Positions 29,362 through 38,813 of a stretch of 64,000 bases of DNA are shown here, piece by piece; positions within the stretch are counted from its first letter, which is position 1, and each line of letters opens with the position of its first letter. The notes beneath the pieces were generated by a model, which was not told the DNA's origin, searched no databases, and saw only the letters and a list, made by a program, of their open reading frames with translations. This DNA comes from a virus. Both the position numbers and the translations under genes were made by a program. Location: positions 1 through 64,000 of the IMG/VR virus record IMGVR_UViG_3300025584_000449; one strand, given 5' to 3'.

Positions 29362-32300
29362 ATGGAAAGCTCTTTAAGGCATTACGAACAGAATAAACTG
29401 ATCCAACAAACAGTTGAATCAATAATAAAAAAACAATTTCCAGTTGAGACGGGCAATCGTAGACTAGAAATAGAAGAACTCACTATAAAAGATGAGTTAT
29501 CTGGCGACGATTTTCCTACTCAAAAAGAAACTAAGCTATCTAGAAAGACTTGGCAAGTCCCTATCAATGCGTCATTTAAGCTAATTGATACAGACACCGG
29601 CAGAGTTATAGATAAATCTAAAGCTATACAAATCGGGTATATACCTAAAATAACTAATAGATTTACAGCTATTATTGAGGGTAATGAGTATCAAACTACC
29701 AACCAGATTAGACGTAAATCTGGGGTGTACGCTCGTGTAAAGGCTAATGGAGAACTAGAGAACGAGTTCAACTTAGCCCAAGGGTTTAATTTCAAGATGC
29801 AGCTAGACCCTATAAGTCAGTTATTCTATATCATCCTAGATAACCGTAAGTATAGACTATGGACCCTCTTACACGTTTTAGGCGTCTCCGATGAGGCTAT
29901 TGAAAAAGAGTGGGGAGCTGAACTATTACTAAAGAATAAAAAAGGCGCTCTAAACACTGAAGTTAGTGAAATGACTAACATCTTTAAAAAGCTATTAAAG
30001 AAAGACCCTAAAGATTACAATGAAGTAATGAAAGGACTTAATCAGTATTTCAAAGAGTATACTAAGGTAGATCCAGAAACAACTAAAATTACTCTAGGTA
30101 AGAGCTTTGAACATGTAACTCCTGAACTATTACTTACTAGCGCTACTAAACTTCTTAATATCGAAAAAGGTAATACTCCTCCAGATGATAGAGATAGTTT
30201 ATTATTTAAACAATTATTTGGTGTAGATGATCTTTTAATAGCTCATTTTGATAAGCAAAAAGACCCCATACTACGTAAAATTAAGAGAAGTCTTGGGCAT
30301 AAAGAAAAAGTAAGAGAGATAGTATCTTCAGGTACATTTGGTAAAAGCATTAAAAAATTCTTTACTGATGGCGATCTTAGTGCCACCCCTCCTCAAACTA
30401 ACCCTGTTACAATTATAGCAGATTGGCGTAAAACAACACCCATGGGTACTGGTGGAATCGGTAGTATGCATGCTATTACTTTAGAGACTAGGGACATACA
30501 CCCTTCCCAGTTAGGATTCTTAGATCCTACAGCTACTCCAGAATCTGGTAAGGTTGGAGTAACTGTTGGCATGGCTATGTCAGTTAAAAAAGAGGGCAAG
30601 AATATAAAGACTCCGGTCATTAATGCTAAGACTGGAAGAACTATTAACTTAACTCCTACTCAAATGTGGGACAGTTACGTAGGGTTCCCTGATCAATATA
30701 CTATTAAAGACAAAGTAGTTAAAGCTAAATCTGCTCAAGTAAAGGTAATGTATAAAGGTGAAGCGGACACCGTGTCTTCCTCTAAAGTTGATTATTATAT
30801 AATGCATGCTAATACCATGTTTTCGTATCCCACGAATCTTGTGCCATTTATAAATAGTGTACAGGGTAATAGAGCAGCGACTGGTGGACGTATGATCCAG
30901 CAGGCCCTTGGATTAGATGATAAAGAAGCCCCGTTAGTACAGGTTAATGCAGATGTTCTATCTGGGGAAAGAACCTTCGAAGACTTCTTAGGTAATTACC
31001 TGAATCCTAGAATAGACCTCACTGTAGATGAGGACGGTAAGGAAAAAAGACTTGGTGGAGAGGTTACCAAGATAACTAAAGACTATATTAATATTACTTT
31101 AGAGAATGGTAAGAAGATTAAAAAAGGATTGTATAATAATTTCCCTCTTAACCAAGACGGATTCTTACATTCTAAAGCAACTGTAAAGGTTGGAGATAAA
31201 GTAAAGTGGGATACCCCTCTAGCAGAGAATAACTATAGCTCTGGTCGTACTCTTTCTTTAGGTAAGAATCTTACTGTAGCGTATATGCCGTGGAAAGGTT
31301 ATAATTTTGAGGATGGTGCTGTTATTACTGAAAGTGCCTCTAAAAAATTAACACACTCTTCTATGCACAAAAAGAATATATTCTTTACTCCATCTAAAAC
31401 TACATTTGATATTGATAAGTTTATAGCATGGTATCCTGGGCTACTTACTGGAGAAAATAAGGCTAAGCTAGATAAAGAAGGTTTGCCTAAAATAGGTGAG
31501 ACGTTCCAGCCAAAAGATGTGTTAGCTGCCTATCTGGAAGAAAGAGAATTATCAGAAGAAGAAAAGATCATTAGAAAAATCAGTAAAGCTGCAAGATTCC
31601 CATTAGCTAAAAAATTAGTAGAGTGGGATGAAGAAGAAGCGGGAACTGTTATTGATATACGAAAGAATGGGAGACATATTGATATTTACTTAAAAGCAAG
31701 TCACCCATTTAAAGAAGGAGACAAGCTTTCAGGTAGATATGGTAACAAATCTATTGTGACTAAAATTATCCCTGACAGTGAAGCACCACATCGTCCAGAT
31801 GGTACGGCTGTAGATATAATGATTAACCCCCACGGGGTCCCTGGACGAATGAATATTGGCCAAATTCTTGAGACTGCTGCAGGAAAGATTGCCAAGAAAA
31901 CTGGAAAGCGTTATGTTGTAAATTCATTTAGTGGAGAAGACAACGCAGATAAAGTTCTAAAAGAAATGAAAGAGCTGAAGATAGAGCCTAACGAAACTCT
32001 TACTGATGGAGCTAAAGGAGATAAGTTTGAAAAACCTATATTTGTAGGCCATCAATACTTTATGAAACTTCGTCACATTGTTAAGAAGAAAGCTGGAGAA
32101 CATTCATTTGGTAATTATGATATTAATGAAACTCCTGTAGGAAAAGGTGCTCAAAAATTAGACCCTATGCTTTCTCATAGTTTACTAGCTCATGGAGCAA
32201 AAGCTAATCTATATGAAATGAGTGCGTATAAGGGAAGAGCAAATGAAGAGTACTGGACTAACTTATCTCTAGGATTGCCCGCACCACCTCCATCAGATAA

Positions 32301-35300
32301 TTTTGTATTTAATAAAATGATTAACTATATGAAGTCTGCTGGAGTTAATGTAAAAAAAGAGGGAAACAAGTTTAGAATATTTCCATTAACTGATACGCAA
32401 GTTAAGGAATGGTCAACAGGTGAATTAAAAGATCCTGGCGCATTACTTGTTGGTAAAAATCTTGCAGAGCGTAAAGGTGGATTATTTGACAGAGAGATGA
32501 CGGGTGGTTTACGGGGCGAGAAATGGTCTCACATAAAACTCATTAAAAAAATACCTAATCCTATGTATGAGTTAGCAATAACCAAGTTACTTGGGCTGAC
32601 TGAGAATAAGTTTAATAAGATTCTAGATGGCTCTTTAGAGTTAGACGGAAAAACAGGCGTAGAAGCAATTCATGCGGCATTAAAAGGTATTGATGTTAAA
32701 AAAGAGCTAAAGAAAACTAAAGCTGAATTAAAAGATGCCTCCGATAGTGCAGTTAATGGTTTAAATAAAAAAGCTAGATATTTAAAAGCTTTAAAAGATT
32801 TAGACTATACTGCAGATGAGGCATACATGACTCAGTATTTGCCTGTACTACCTCCCATCTTTAGACCAGTGTATCCATTACCTAGCGGAGATCTGATGAA
32901 GTCAGACCTCAATGAACACTATAGAGACATAGGAGTTATTAATAATAATTATAAAGCTATTAAAGATAAGCTAGGCAAAGAAGAACAGCTAGAGTACGAT
33001 CAATCTATTTATAAAGCTGTAAAAGCTTATCAAGGATTTATTGATCCTATATCTTTCTCTGGAAAGAAATATAAGGGAGTTATTAAAGAACTATCCGGCA
33101 CACAGGTTAAGCATGGATTAATCCATAGCTCTACGTGGTCGAAGAGGCAGGACTTGTCTGCGAGATCAACTATTACTGTTGAGCCTGATTTAGGTATTGA
33201 TGAAGTAGGTCTCCCGGAAACAATGGCTAAAGAAATATTTAAACCATTTATGATTCAAAAATTAGTTAGTCAAGGTATACCATCATTTAAAGCTAACGCA
33301 GAAGTGCAAGACTTTACTCCTACAGCTAGGCAAGCGCTAGTAGCAGTTATGGAAGAACGCCCGGTTCTTCTTAACAGAGCCCCTAGTCTTCATAAGCACG
33401 GTATACAGGCCTTTCGTCCCTTATTAATTAAGGGTAAGGCTATGCAATTAAACCCAATTATATTTTCTGGGTTTAACGCTGACCTTGATGGTGACACTAT
33501 GGCTGTTCATACACCTATAAGCCAAGAAGCTGTTACAGAGGCGTACGGATTACTGCCAAGCAAGATTATATTTAAACATGGTGATAATGGAGTAGTACCA
33601 GAAATTTCTCAAGAATATATTGTTGGTATGTATTTCTTAAGTAAATTAGGAAAAAATACCAAGAAGGAGTTTAGTTCAATAACAGAGGCTAAAGCAGCTA
33701 AACTACATCCTACTGACGTCTTCTTATTAAATGGTCAGAAAATGACTATAGGTCAGTTCGAGATTAATAAAGTATTACCTAAAGAATTAAAAGATTATTC
33801 TCGAGAGATGGATAAAAAAGCAATTAATAAAATATTTACAATTATAGGTAAGAAGTATAAAGCAGACTTCGCAAAGGTAGCAACAAGATTTAAAGAGTTA
33901 GGAAATCAGTATAGTCATAAACGTAGCTTCACTATTTCTATAACAGATTTTGCACAAGATAAATCTTATAGAGATAAAATTGTTAAAGAAGAAATGCCTA
34001 AAATTAAAAAACTAAAAGGTGATAAGCGTTCAGCAGCTATTCTAGCAATGACTGATAAAATTGAAAAAGCACAAGACAAAGTGTCAATAGGTAAAAATAA
34101 TATCTATGATATGTTAGATGCTGGTAGTATTTCTGGTGGTAAACGTGGCAGTGTTAGACAAATTTTATCTATGCCTGGGCTGTTAGCTAATGTAAAAGGT
34201 GTTCCTTTAAAAAATCCTGTATTAAAATCATATGGAGAGGGCATAGATACTAGTGCTTATTGGAACCATCTGTATGCTGTACGAAAAGGAACTGTTGACA
34301 GATCAGTTAATACGGCAGATTCTGGAGCATTAGACAAGGCTTTAATAGGAGTAACTAGAAGATTACTTATTACTACTGAGGATTGTAAAACAAATAAAGG
34401 TATCTATGTTGATGTAAATTCTAATGATATTTTAGATAGACACTTAGCTAGCTCTATAAAAGGCGTTGCTAAAAAGAATGATCTAGTTGATTCTGCGTTG
34501 CTACTTAAATTAAAATCTGCTGGATTAAAGAAAATAGAGGTAAGAAGCGCCCTTACTTGTGATGCTGCCAGTGGCGTATGTCAGCTATGCTATGGGTTAT
34601 TGCCTAATGGCCAACTTCCTAAAATTGGTGAGAATGTAGGCGTGTTGGAGTCCCAAGCCATTACTGAGAGAAGTACTCAGCTAACTATGAGAACTTTCCA
34701 CACTGGAGGAGCTGTAACCGCTGGAGGTGGTGGTGTCACAGAAGGATTCCCAAGGCTAGTTCAGTTATTAGAGGTGCCAAAGAAATTAAAGGGTAAGGCT
34801 ACGCTAAGTTCTGTAAAAGGAACTGTTAAAGCTATAACAAAAAACTTAGTTGGTGGGTATGACATTAGAATAGAAGGATACGGTACTGAAAATGATAAAA
34901 CGTTTACTATACCTTCTACAAGAAAGATAGTAGTTAAACTTGGAGATAGAGTTACTCCAGGAGATAGATTAACTGATGGAGCTATAAAACCTCAAGAGCT
35001 TGGAGACTACAAAGGGCACCTTGCTGCACAGCAGTATATAGTCGATGAGATAGATAAGATCTATGGCGGTGATTTCCATAAGAAAGGCATAGAGGTAGTA
35101 TTAAGAGGAGTGTCGGATAATGCTGAAATTATTAAAGCACCAGATAATAGTGGGTATTTAAGGGGAGATAAAGCTAGTATTTCATCTTTAGACGCATTAA
35201 ATAAAGATAGACGTAAAGAAGGCCTTGACACAATTAAGTATAAACCTTATTTTAAATCAATTGAGACTCTTAATGTAGATAGTGAAGACTGGTTAACACG

Positions 35301-35433
35301 ATTCTATACTAATAGAATTAAGTCAGCTATCCAAGAAGGAGCATCAAAAGCAGTGTATGGGGATATCGCAGGAAAAGATCCGATACCAGCATACGCTTAT
35401 GGTGACGAGTTTGGTAAGGGAGACTTTTACTAG
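29362..35433 (+). CDS. rpoBC: Multisubunit RNA polymerase, fused beta-beta' polypeptide (2023 aa)
   Basis: Beta motifs GDKLSGRYGNKS and NPHGVPGRMNIGQILE; beta' motifs NRAPSLH, NADLDGD and QLTMRTFH in one ORF. Confidence 0.93.
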   Translation: MESSLRHYEQNKLIQQTVESIIKKQFPVETGNRRLEIEELTIKDELSGDDFPTQKETKLSRKTWQVPINASFKLIDTDTGRVIDKSKAIQIGYIPKITNRFTAIIEGNEYQTTNQIRRKSGVYARVKANGELENEFNLAQGFNFKMQLDPISQLFYIILDNRKYRLWTLLHVLGVSDEAIEKEWGAELLLKNKKGALNTEVSEMTNIFKKLLKKDPKDYNEVMKGLNQYFKEYTKVDPETTKITLGKSFEHVTPELLLTSATKLLNIEKGNTPPDDRDSLLFKQLFGVDDLLIAHFDKQKDPILRKIKRSLGHKEKVREIVSSGTFGKSIKKFFTDGDLSATPPQTNPVTIIADWRKTTPMGTGGIGSMHAITLETRDIHPSQLGFLDPTATPESGKVGVTVGMAMSVKKEGKNIKTPVINAKTGRTINLTPTQMWDSYVGFPDQYTIKDKVVKAKSAQVKVMYKGEADTVSSSKVDYYIMHANTMFSYPTNLVPFINSVQGNRAATGGRMIQQALGLDDKEAPLVQVNADVLSGERTFEDFLGNYLNPRIDLTVDEDGKEKRLGGEVTKITKDYINITLENGKKIKKGLYNNFPLNQDGFLHSKATVKVGDKVKWDTPLAENNYSSGRTLSLGKNLTVAYMPWKGYNFEDGAVITESASKKLTHSSMHKKNIFFTPSKTTFDIDKFIAWYPGLLTGENKAKLDKEGLPKIGETFQPKDVLAAYLEERELSEEEKIIRKISKAARFPLAKKLVEWDEEEAGTVIDIRKNGRHIDIYLKASHPFKEGDKLSGRYGNKSIVTKIIPDSEAPHRPDGTAVDIMINPHGVPGRMNIGQILETAAGKIAKKTGKRYVVNSFSGEDNADKVLKEMKELKIEPNETLTDGAKGDKFEKPIFVGHQYFMKLRHIVKKKAGEHSFGNYDINETPVGKGAQKLDPMLSHSLLAHGAKANLYEMSAYKGRANEEYWTNLSLGLPAPPPSDNFVFNKMINYMKSAGVNVKKEGNKFRIFPLTDTQVKEWSTGELKDPGALLVGKNLAERKGGLFDREMTGGLRGEKWSHIKLIKKIPNPMYELAITKLLGLTENKFNKILDGSLELDGKTGVEAIHAALKGIDVKKELKKTKAELKDASDSAVNGLNKKARYLKALKDLDYTADEAYMTQYLPVLPPIFRPVYPLPSGDLMKSDLNEHYRDIGVINNNYKAIKDKLGKEEQLEYDQSIYKAVKAYQGFIDPISFSGKKYKGVIKELSGTQVKHGLIHSSTWSKRQDLSARSTITVEPDLGIDEVGLPETMAKEIFKPFMIQKLVSQGIPSFKANAEVQDFTPTARQALVAVMEERPVLLNRAPSLHKHGIQAFRPLLIKGKAMQLNPIIFSGFNADLDGDTMAVHTPISQEAVTEAYGLLPSKIIFKHGDNGVVPEISQEYIVGMYFLSKLGKNTKKEFSSITEAKAAKLHPTDVFLLNGQKMTIGQFEINKVLPKELKDYSREMDKKAINKIFTIIGKKYKADFAKVATRFKELGNQYSHKRSFTISITDFAQDKSYRDKIVKEEMPKIKKLKGDKRSAAILAMTDKIEKAQDKVSIGKNNIYDMLDAGSISGGKRGSVRQILSMPGLLANVKGVPLKNPVLKSYGEGIDTSAYWNHLYAVRKGTVDRSVNTADSGALDKALIGVTRRLLITTEDCKTNKGIYVDVNSNDILDRHLASSIKGVAKKNDLVDSALLLKLKSAGLKKIEVRSALTCDAASGVCQLCYGLLPNGQLPKIGENVGVLESQAITERSTQLTMRTFHTGGAVTAGGGGVTEGFPRLVQLLEVPKKLKGKATLSSVKGTVKAITKNLVGGYDIRIEGYGTENDKTFTIPSTRKIVVKLGDRVTPGDRLTDGAIKPQELGDYKGHLAAQQYIVDEIDKIYGGDFHKKGIEVVLRGVSDNAEIIKAPDNSGYLRGDKASISSLDALNKDRRKEGLDTIKYKPYFKSIETLNVDSEDWLTRFYTNRIKSAIQEGASKAVYGDIAGKDPIPAYAYGDEFGKGDFY

Positions 35434-35435
35434 AA

Positions 35436-35792
35436 ATGCCTTATTTTAAAGATACATCTACTAATAGAATATTATATAATAAGAATCAATATAATATAGA
35501 ATATATGGATGGATTGATTGATTTAGTTGATGACTTTTGTGAGTGTTATTTAATAGTGAGTGGGGCTGTTACTGAAGAAGGAGTTTTACAGGAGCTATAT
35601 GAAGACAACCAAGATATACTAAATAATAATACTTATATTATGGAGATAGAATTTTATAATGAGGACGGAGTAGTTATAGAAGAATTTAAACCTGTAGCTA
35701 CCGATGTTCCAGCTGGGTTTCAACTAGTTAGTGAAACGGAATCACCAGTATACACATACAAATCTCCAAAGAAAAAATATACAGAATTTTAA
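35436..35792 (+). CDS. Acidic hypothetical protein
   Basis: 118-aa ORF following the RNAP gene. Confidence 0.55.
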   Translation: MPYFKDTSTNRILYNKNQYNIEYMDGLIDLVDDFCECYLIVSGAVTEEGVLQELYEDNQDILNNNTYIMEIEFYNEDGVVIEEFKPVATDVPAGFQLVSETESPVYTYKSPKKKYTEF

Positions 35793-35793
35793 G

Positions 35794-35828
35794 ATAAAAA
35801 AAAGAGGAGATATTTTCTCCTCTTTTTA
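35794..35828. terminator. Bidirectional terminator
   Basis: AAAAGAGGAGA/TCTCCTCTTTT stem between convergent units. Confidence 0.75.
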
Positions 35829-35970
35829 TTGGACATGCAGCAGTTGACAAAACCCTAAGTATCTCTATTACGGTCGGCGTACAGTTTTAACTTAACCTAG
35901 CTTCCTACTAAAGATGCAAAGGTAAATTCACCCGAAATATCCCAACCATGACGAAACGAACAGGAGCCAA

Positions 35971-36046
35971 GGTACGCCTAGTAGGATTCGAACCTACACC
36001 TGACAGCTTAGAAGGCTGTTGACCTATCCAGTTGGACCATAGGCGC
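35971..36046 (-). tRNA. tRNA-Arg(TCT)
   Basis: Cloverleaf; loop CTTCTAA. Confidence 0.9.
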
Positions 36047-36052
36047 AATAAG

Positions 36053-36082
36053 AAGAAGGGGAGGATAACCTCCCCTTCTTTT
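36053..36082 (-). terminator. Intrinsic terminator after the SPFH gene
   Basis: AAGAAGGGGAGG/CCTCCCCTTCTT stem; core nearly identical to the hairpin at 25038. Confidence 0.7.
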
Positions 36083-36103
36083 GTAGGCATTGGCTAGGAG
36101 CTT

Positions 36104-37369
36104 TTAAGGAGAGCCTACATTAGTATCTAGGTCAAGACTAAGATCCTTAGCTGTCTTCACCAACAGCATATTAATCAAGTCCATCCCACCGTTGGCATAC
36201 TCACCATCACCGGAACCACCGATGACAGTCTGAGGTACCCAATCTCCGTTGTAGTTCTGCAAAGCAAGAGCGTAGTTCTGGTGGATATACTTTGCGGCTT
36301 CAATCTTAGCCTCAAGAGCACCATCCGCTTCCATCACAACTCTCTTACGGTAAGCTTCACCATCACCACGGAGTTTATTCGCAGTCTTTTCCTGACCAGC
36401 AGCCTGAGCATCAAGTTCGGCTACACGAAGAAGCTTCTTAGCCTGAAGTTCAGCAACAGCCTTCTCCTGCTCAGCCTTGGTTACAGCCTTAGCCTTAATG
36501 ACTTCCTGCTCCCACTTAGCCTTAGCAGCATCAGCTTCACCCTCTTTGACCGCAGTCAAAGCACGCTGTTCTGCAGCCTTAGCATCAGCCTTTGCAGTCT
36601 GAACATTGATAATCGCTCTACGCTGATCCTCAATCTGACCAGCCACCTCAGGATCATACTCAATGCCATTGATCGCTACGTTCTCAACTCTAATACCATA
36701 CTTGGTAAGAGCCGAAACTTCCTGACGCTTATAGTTTCCAGGAGCGGTAGAATCCTCAACGATCTTAACCTCTGAAACTGTTACTTCATTTCCAGAAATA
36801 GGATCGATAGTCTTTTTATCAACCGTAACGGTCTGATACACGCCATTGATCATCATGTCTTCAATATACCTAAGAAGGTCGGGGCGCTTCTCAGAAGTAG
36901 ATTCCATCGAAGACATTAGAGGACCAGCGTTATATACGCACTTCTCTGCCACTGTGCGAATCAAATCAAAAGAAAGACCCTCTTCAGTCTGATAGTCGTT
37001 ATAGCACATAGTGAGATGCTTCTCATCTAACGGCATATACCAACGGAAAGACAGGGAAAGAGACGCTCCACCCTTATCATTAAACCTAATACGAAGGGCC
37101 TGATTATGCGTTCCTCCCTGATCTTCCTTTGAGGAGAACCATGCCTGAGAGGACTTGTGCCAATCATAGGTCTGCCCAAGTCTCTGAGCTTTCATTCCAG
37201 CAGTGGTATGCCAATGGTAATCACCATCGATGGGATCCACTGTCAGGAGAATCTTATCACCATCAAGCCGCTCAATGAGCTTACTTGACGAAGCCACAAC
37301 GAAAATTAATGCGATGACGATGACAATAAGTCCGCCAATCTTAAATCCGTTAAAACTGTTATTAGCCAT
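36104..37369 (-). CDS. SPFH/band 7 (prohibitin/flotillin-like) membrane protein
   Basis: N-terminal TM helix, IRVENVAINGIEY, Ala/Glu/Lys coiled coil. Confidence 0.85.
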   Translation of the reverse strand: MANNSFNGFKIGGLIVIVIALIFVVASSSKLIERLDGDKILLTVDPIDGDYHWHTTAGMKAQRLGQTYDWHKSSQAWFSSKEDQGGTHNQALRIRFNDKGGASLSLSFRWYMPLDEKHLTMCYNDYQTEEGLSFDLIRTVAEKCVYNAGPLMSSMESTSEKRPDLLRYIEDMMINGVYQTVTVDKKTIDPISGNEVTVSEVKIVEDSTAPGNYKRQEVSALTKYGIRVENVAINGIEYDPEVAGQIEDQRRAIINVQTAKADAKAAEQRALTAVKEGEADAAKAKWEQEVIKAKAVTKAEQEKAVAELQAKKLLRVAELDAQAAGQEKTANKLRGDGEAYRKRVVMEADGALEAKIEAAKYIHQNYALALQNYNGDWVPQTVIGGSGDGEYANGGMDLINMLLVKTAKDLSLDLDTNVGSP

Positions 37370-37413
37370 TTTTTTTCTTACCTCGAAAAAATTGAATTGT
37401 TTAAACTGTTAAA

Positions 37414-37740
37414 TTACTTATTAAACCTATTTACTCTTTTCTGAGCTTCCTTCTCAGATTTAGTCGCTTGATCTAACATCTCTTTTGCATGCTCTCCTTG
37501 CTCCTTAGAGGATTTTACTCCCTCATCTGCATACGCCATTGATTCATCAAGCAACCTATCTGATTCTTTAATGCAATCCGCTGGTTCTATGTTATCGCCA
37601 TAAATCTTTTTACTAGACTTACGACGAAACCATGGCCACCAAGGAGTGCCCTGAACCTGTGGAACTAGTGTATTAAATACTAATACCACAAATATAGCCA
37701 ATATAAATAATGGCTGTGCAATCACCCATAAATGGATCAT
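37414..37740 (-). CDS. Small membrane protein
   Basis: TM helix followed by P.W.WFR; upstream of the SPFH gene. Confidence 0.6.
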   Translation of the reverse strand: MIHLWVIAQPLFILAIFVVLVFNTLVPQVQGTPWWPWFRRKSSKKIYGDNIEPADCIKESDRLLDESMAYADEGVKSSKEQGEHAKEMLDQATKSEKEAQKRVNRFNK

Positions 37741-37821
37741 TTTTGTTTACCTTTCTTTTTATCTTGCTTTTCTGTCTTAGACTTAGTAGATTATGTTATT
37801 AAACATAAGACAAAGGAAATT

Positions 37822-38187
37822 ATGAAATATTGTATAATATGTGAAACTCAGTTAATAGGAAGACAAAGGAAATTTTGTTCAACCAAATGTAAGAATAGAT
37901 CTACAAACTACAAACATCAAAATTATAAAACTCAACAAACTAGAGGAAGATCTAGAAAGTTAGAACTTATAAAAATGAAAGGAAATAAATGTGAAGTTTG
38001 TGGATACTCTAAAAACTATGCAGCTTTATGTTTTCATCATAAGAATCCAAAAAAGAAAGAATTTCAATTAGATTTAAGACATTGTAGTAATACTTCTTGG
38101 AAAGAGTTAATTAATGAAGCCTCTAAGTGCAGACTTCTTTGCAGCAATTGCCATTCAGAAACTCATAATCCTGAATGTAGTTTATAG
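37822..38187 (+). CDS. HNH homing endonuclease
   Basis: CxxC...FCSxxC; KCEVCGY...LCFHH...CRLLCSNCH; SD-preceded ATG at 37822. Confidence 0.85.
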   Translation: MKYCIICETQLIGRQRKFCSTKCKNRSTNYKHQNYKTQQTRGRSRKLELIKMKGNKCEVCGYSKNYAALCFHHKNPKKKEFQLDLRHCSNTSWKELINEASKCRLLCSNCHSETHNPECSL

Positions 38188-38263
38188 GTGGGCCCTACTG
38201 GGCTCGAACCAGTGACCTATCCGTTATGAGCGGATTGCTACTAACCAACTGAGCTAAAGGCCC
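38187..38263 (-). tRNA. tRNA with CAT anticodon (Met or Ile2)
   Basis: Cloverleaf; loop CTCATAA. Confidence 0.88.
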
Positions 38264-38270
38264 GAAAAAA

Positions 38271-38344
38271 TCTCCACACTGGTCAGCCGCTCGCTACCCA
38301 CCACGGATTTTCACCGTGCCTAAGCCTCGTCCGCTGTGTGGAGA
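38271..38344 (-). ncRNA. Small structured RNA candidate
   Basis: 9-bp closing stem TCTCCACAC/GTGTGGAGA and an inner CACGG/CCGTG hairpin, between tRNAs. Confidence 0.4.
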
Positions 38345-38345
38345 A

Positions 38346-38421
38346 GGTACAGGAGATGGGACTTGAACCCATAACCTTCGCCTTATAAGGACGATGCTCT
38401 GACCGGTTGAGCTACCCCTGT
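38346..38421 (-). tRNA. tRNA-Ile(TAT)
   Basis: Cloverleaf; loop CTTATAA. Confidence 0.88.
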
Positions 38422-38424
38422 ATA

Positions 38425-38498
38425 GGTTGGTGGATTAGGGATTGAACCTAAGATACAAGAGCCAAAGTCTTGTGTGTTACCAATTACACCATCCACCA
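38425..38498 (-). tRNA. tRNA-Gln(TTG)
   Basis: Cloverleaf; loop CTTTGGC. Confidence 0.88.
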
Positions 38499-38532
38499 AA
38501 AAATGTGGGCAGGATAGCCTACCCACAAAGAT

Positions 38533-38589
38533 CTAATCTTTTAACCACCAGAAAAGATCGAGAATCTGAAGGATACAACAAATTTTCAT
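38533..38589 (-). CDS. Putative 18-aa hydrophobic peptide MKICCILQILDLFWWLKD
   Basis: GAGGAGG SD 9 nt upstream; terminator-like hairpin downstream (38499-38527). Confidence 0.4.
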   Translation of the reverse strand: MKICCILQILDLFWWLKD

Positions 38590-38635
38590 AAGTTGATTCC
38601 TCCTCTCAAATTACACAGTGTGCTACACCAGTGCA

Positions 38636-38716
38636 GGTGGAGGTGCAGGGTATCGAACCCTGGTCCTACTACAGTGCGCTTCGGCTTTGCAGTAGTCGAA
38701 CAGCCTTTTCACCCCC
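38636..38716 (-). ncRNA. Mini-tmRNA: tRNA-like domain only, no mRNA-like domain
   Basis: GGGGGTG/CACCTCC acceptor with G3.U70 and A73; stemless D loop ending GG..TTCGAC; helix TACTGCA/TGTAGTA; GGAC elbow; T arm. Confidence 0.75.
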
Positions 38717-38719
38717 AAA

Positions 38720-38811
38720 GTGGTTGTGAGTATAAACCTCTCTCGCTTATACTGTTCACAGTTTCGCCAGGCACTGAGAGTACGTTTGAACGCTCTCGTG
38801 AATACAACCAC
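38720..38811 (-). ncRNA. Multi-stem small RNA candidate directly upstream of the mini-tmRNA
   Basis: GTGGTTGT/ACAACCAC closing stem; GAGAG/CTCTC and AGTATAA/TTATACT hairpins. Confidence 0.4.
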
Positions 38812-38813
38812 TA

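Noticed and set aside
36281-36775. Opposite-strand ORFs in the track (e.g. 36281-36775, 25254-25643, 22632-23105, 12951-13268)
   Set aside because: They are antisense shadows of well-supported genes, with no motifs or SD.
38271-38344. Theta (HDV-like) ribozyme downstream of a tRNA
   Set aside because: It does not begin with G at the tRNA 3' end, and a terminal stem encloses the whole element, unlike the nested double pseudoknot.
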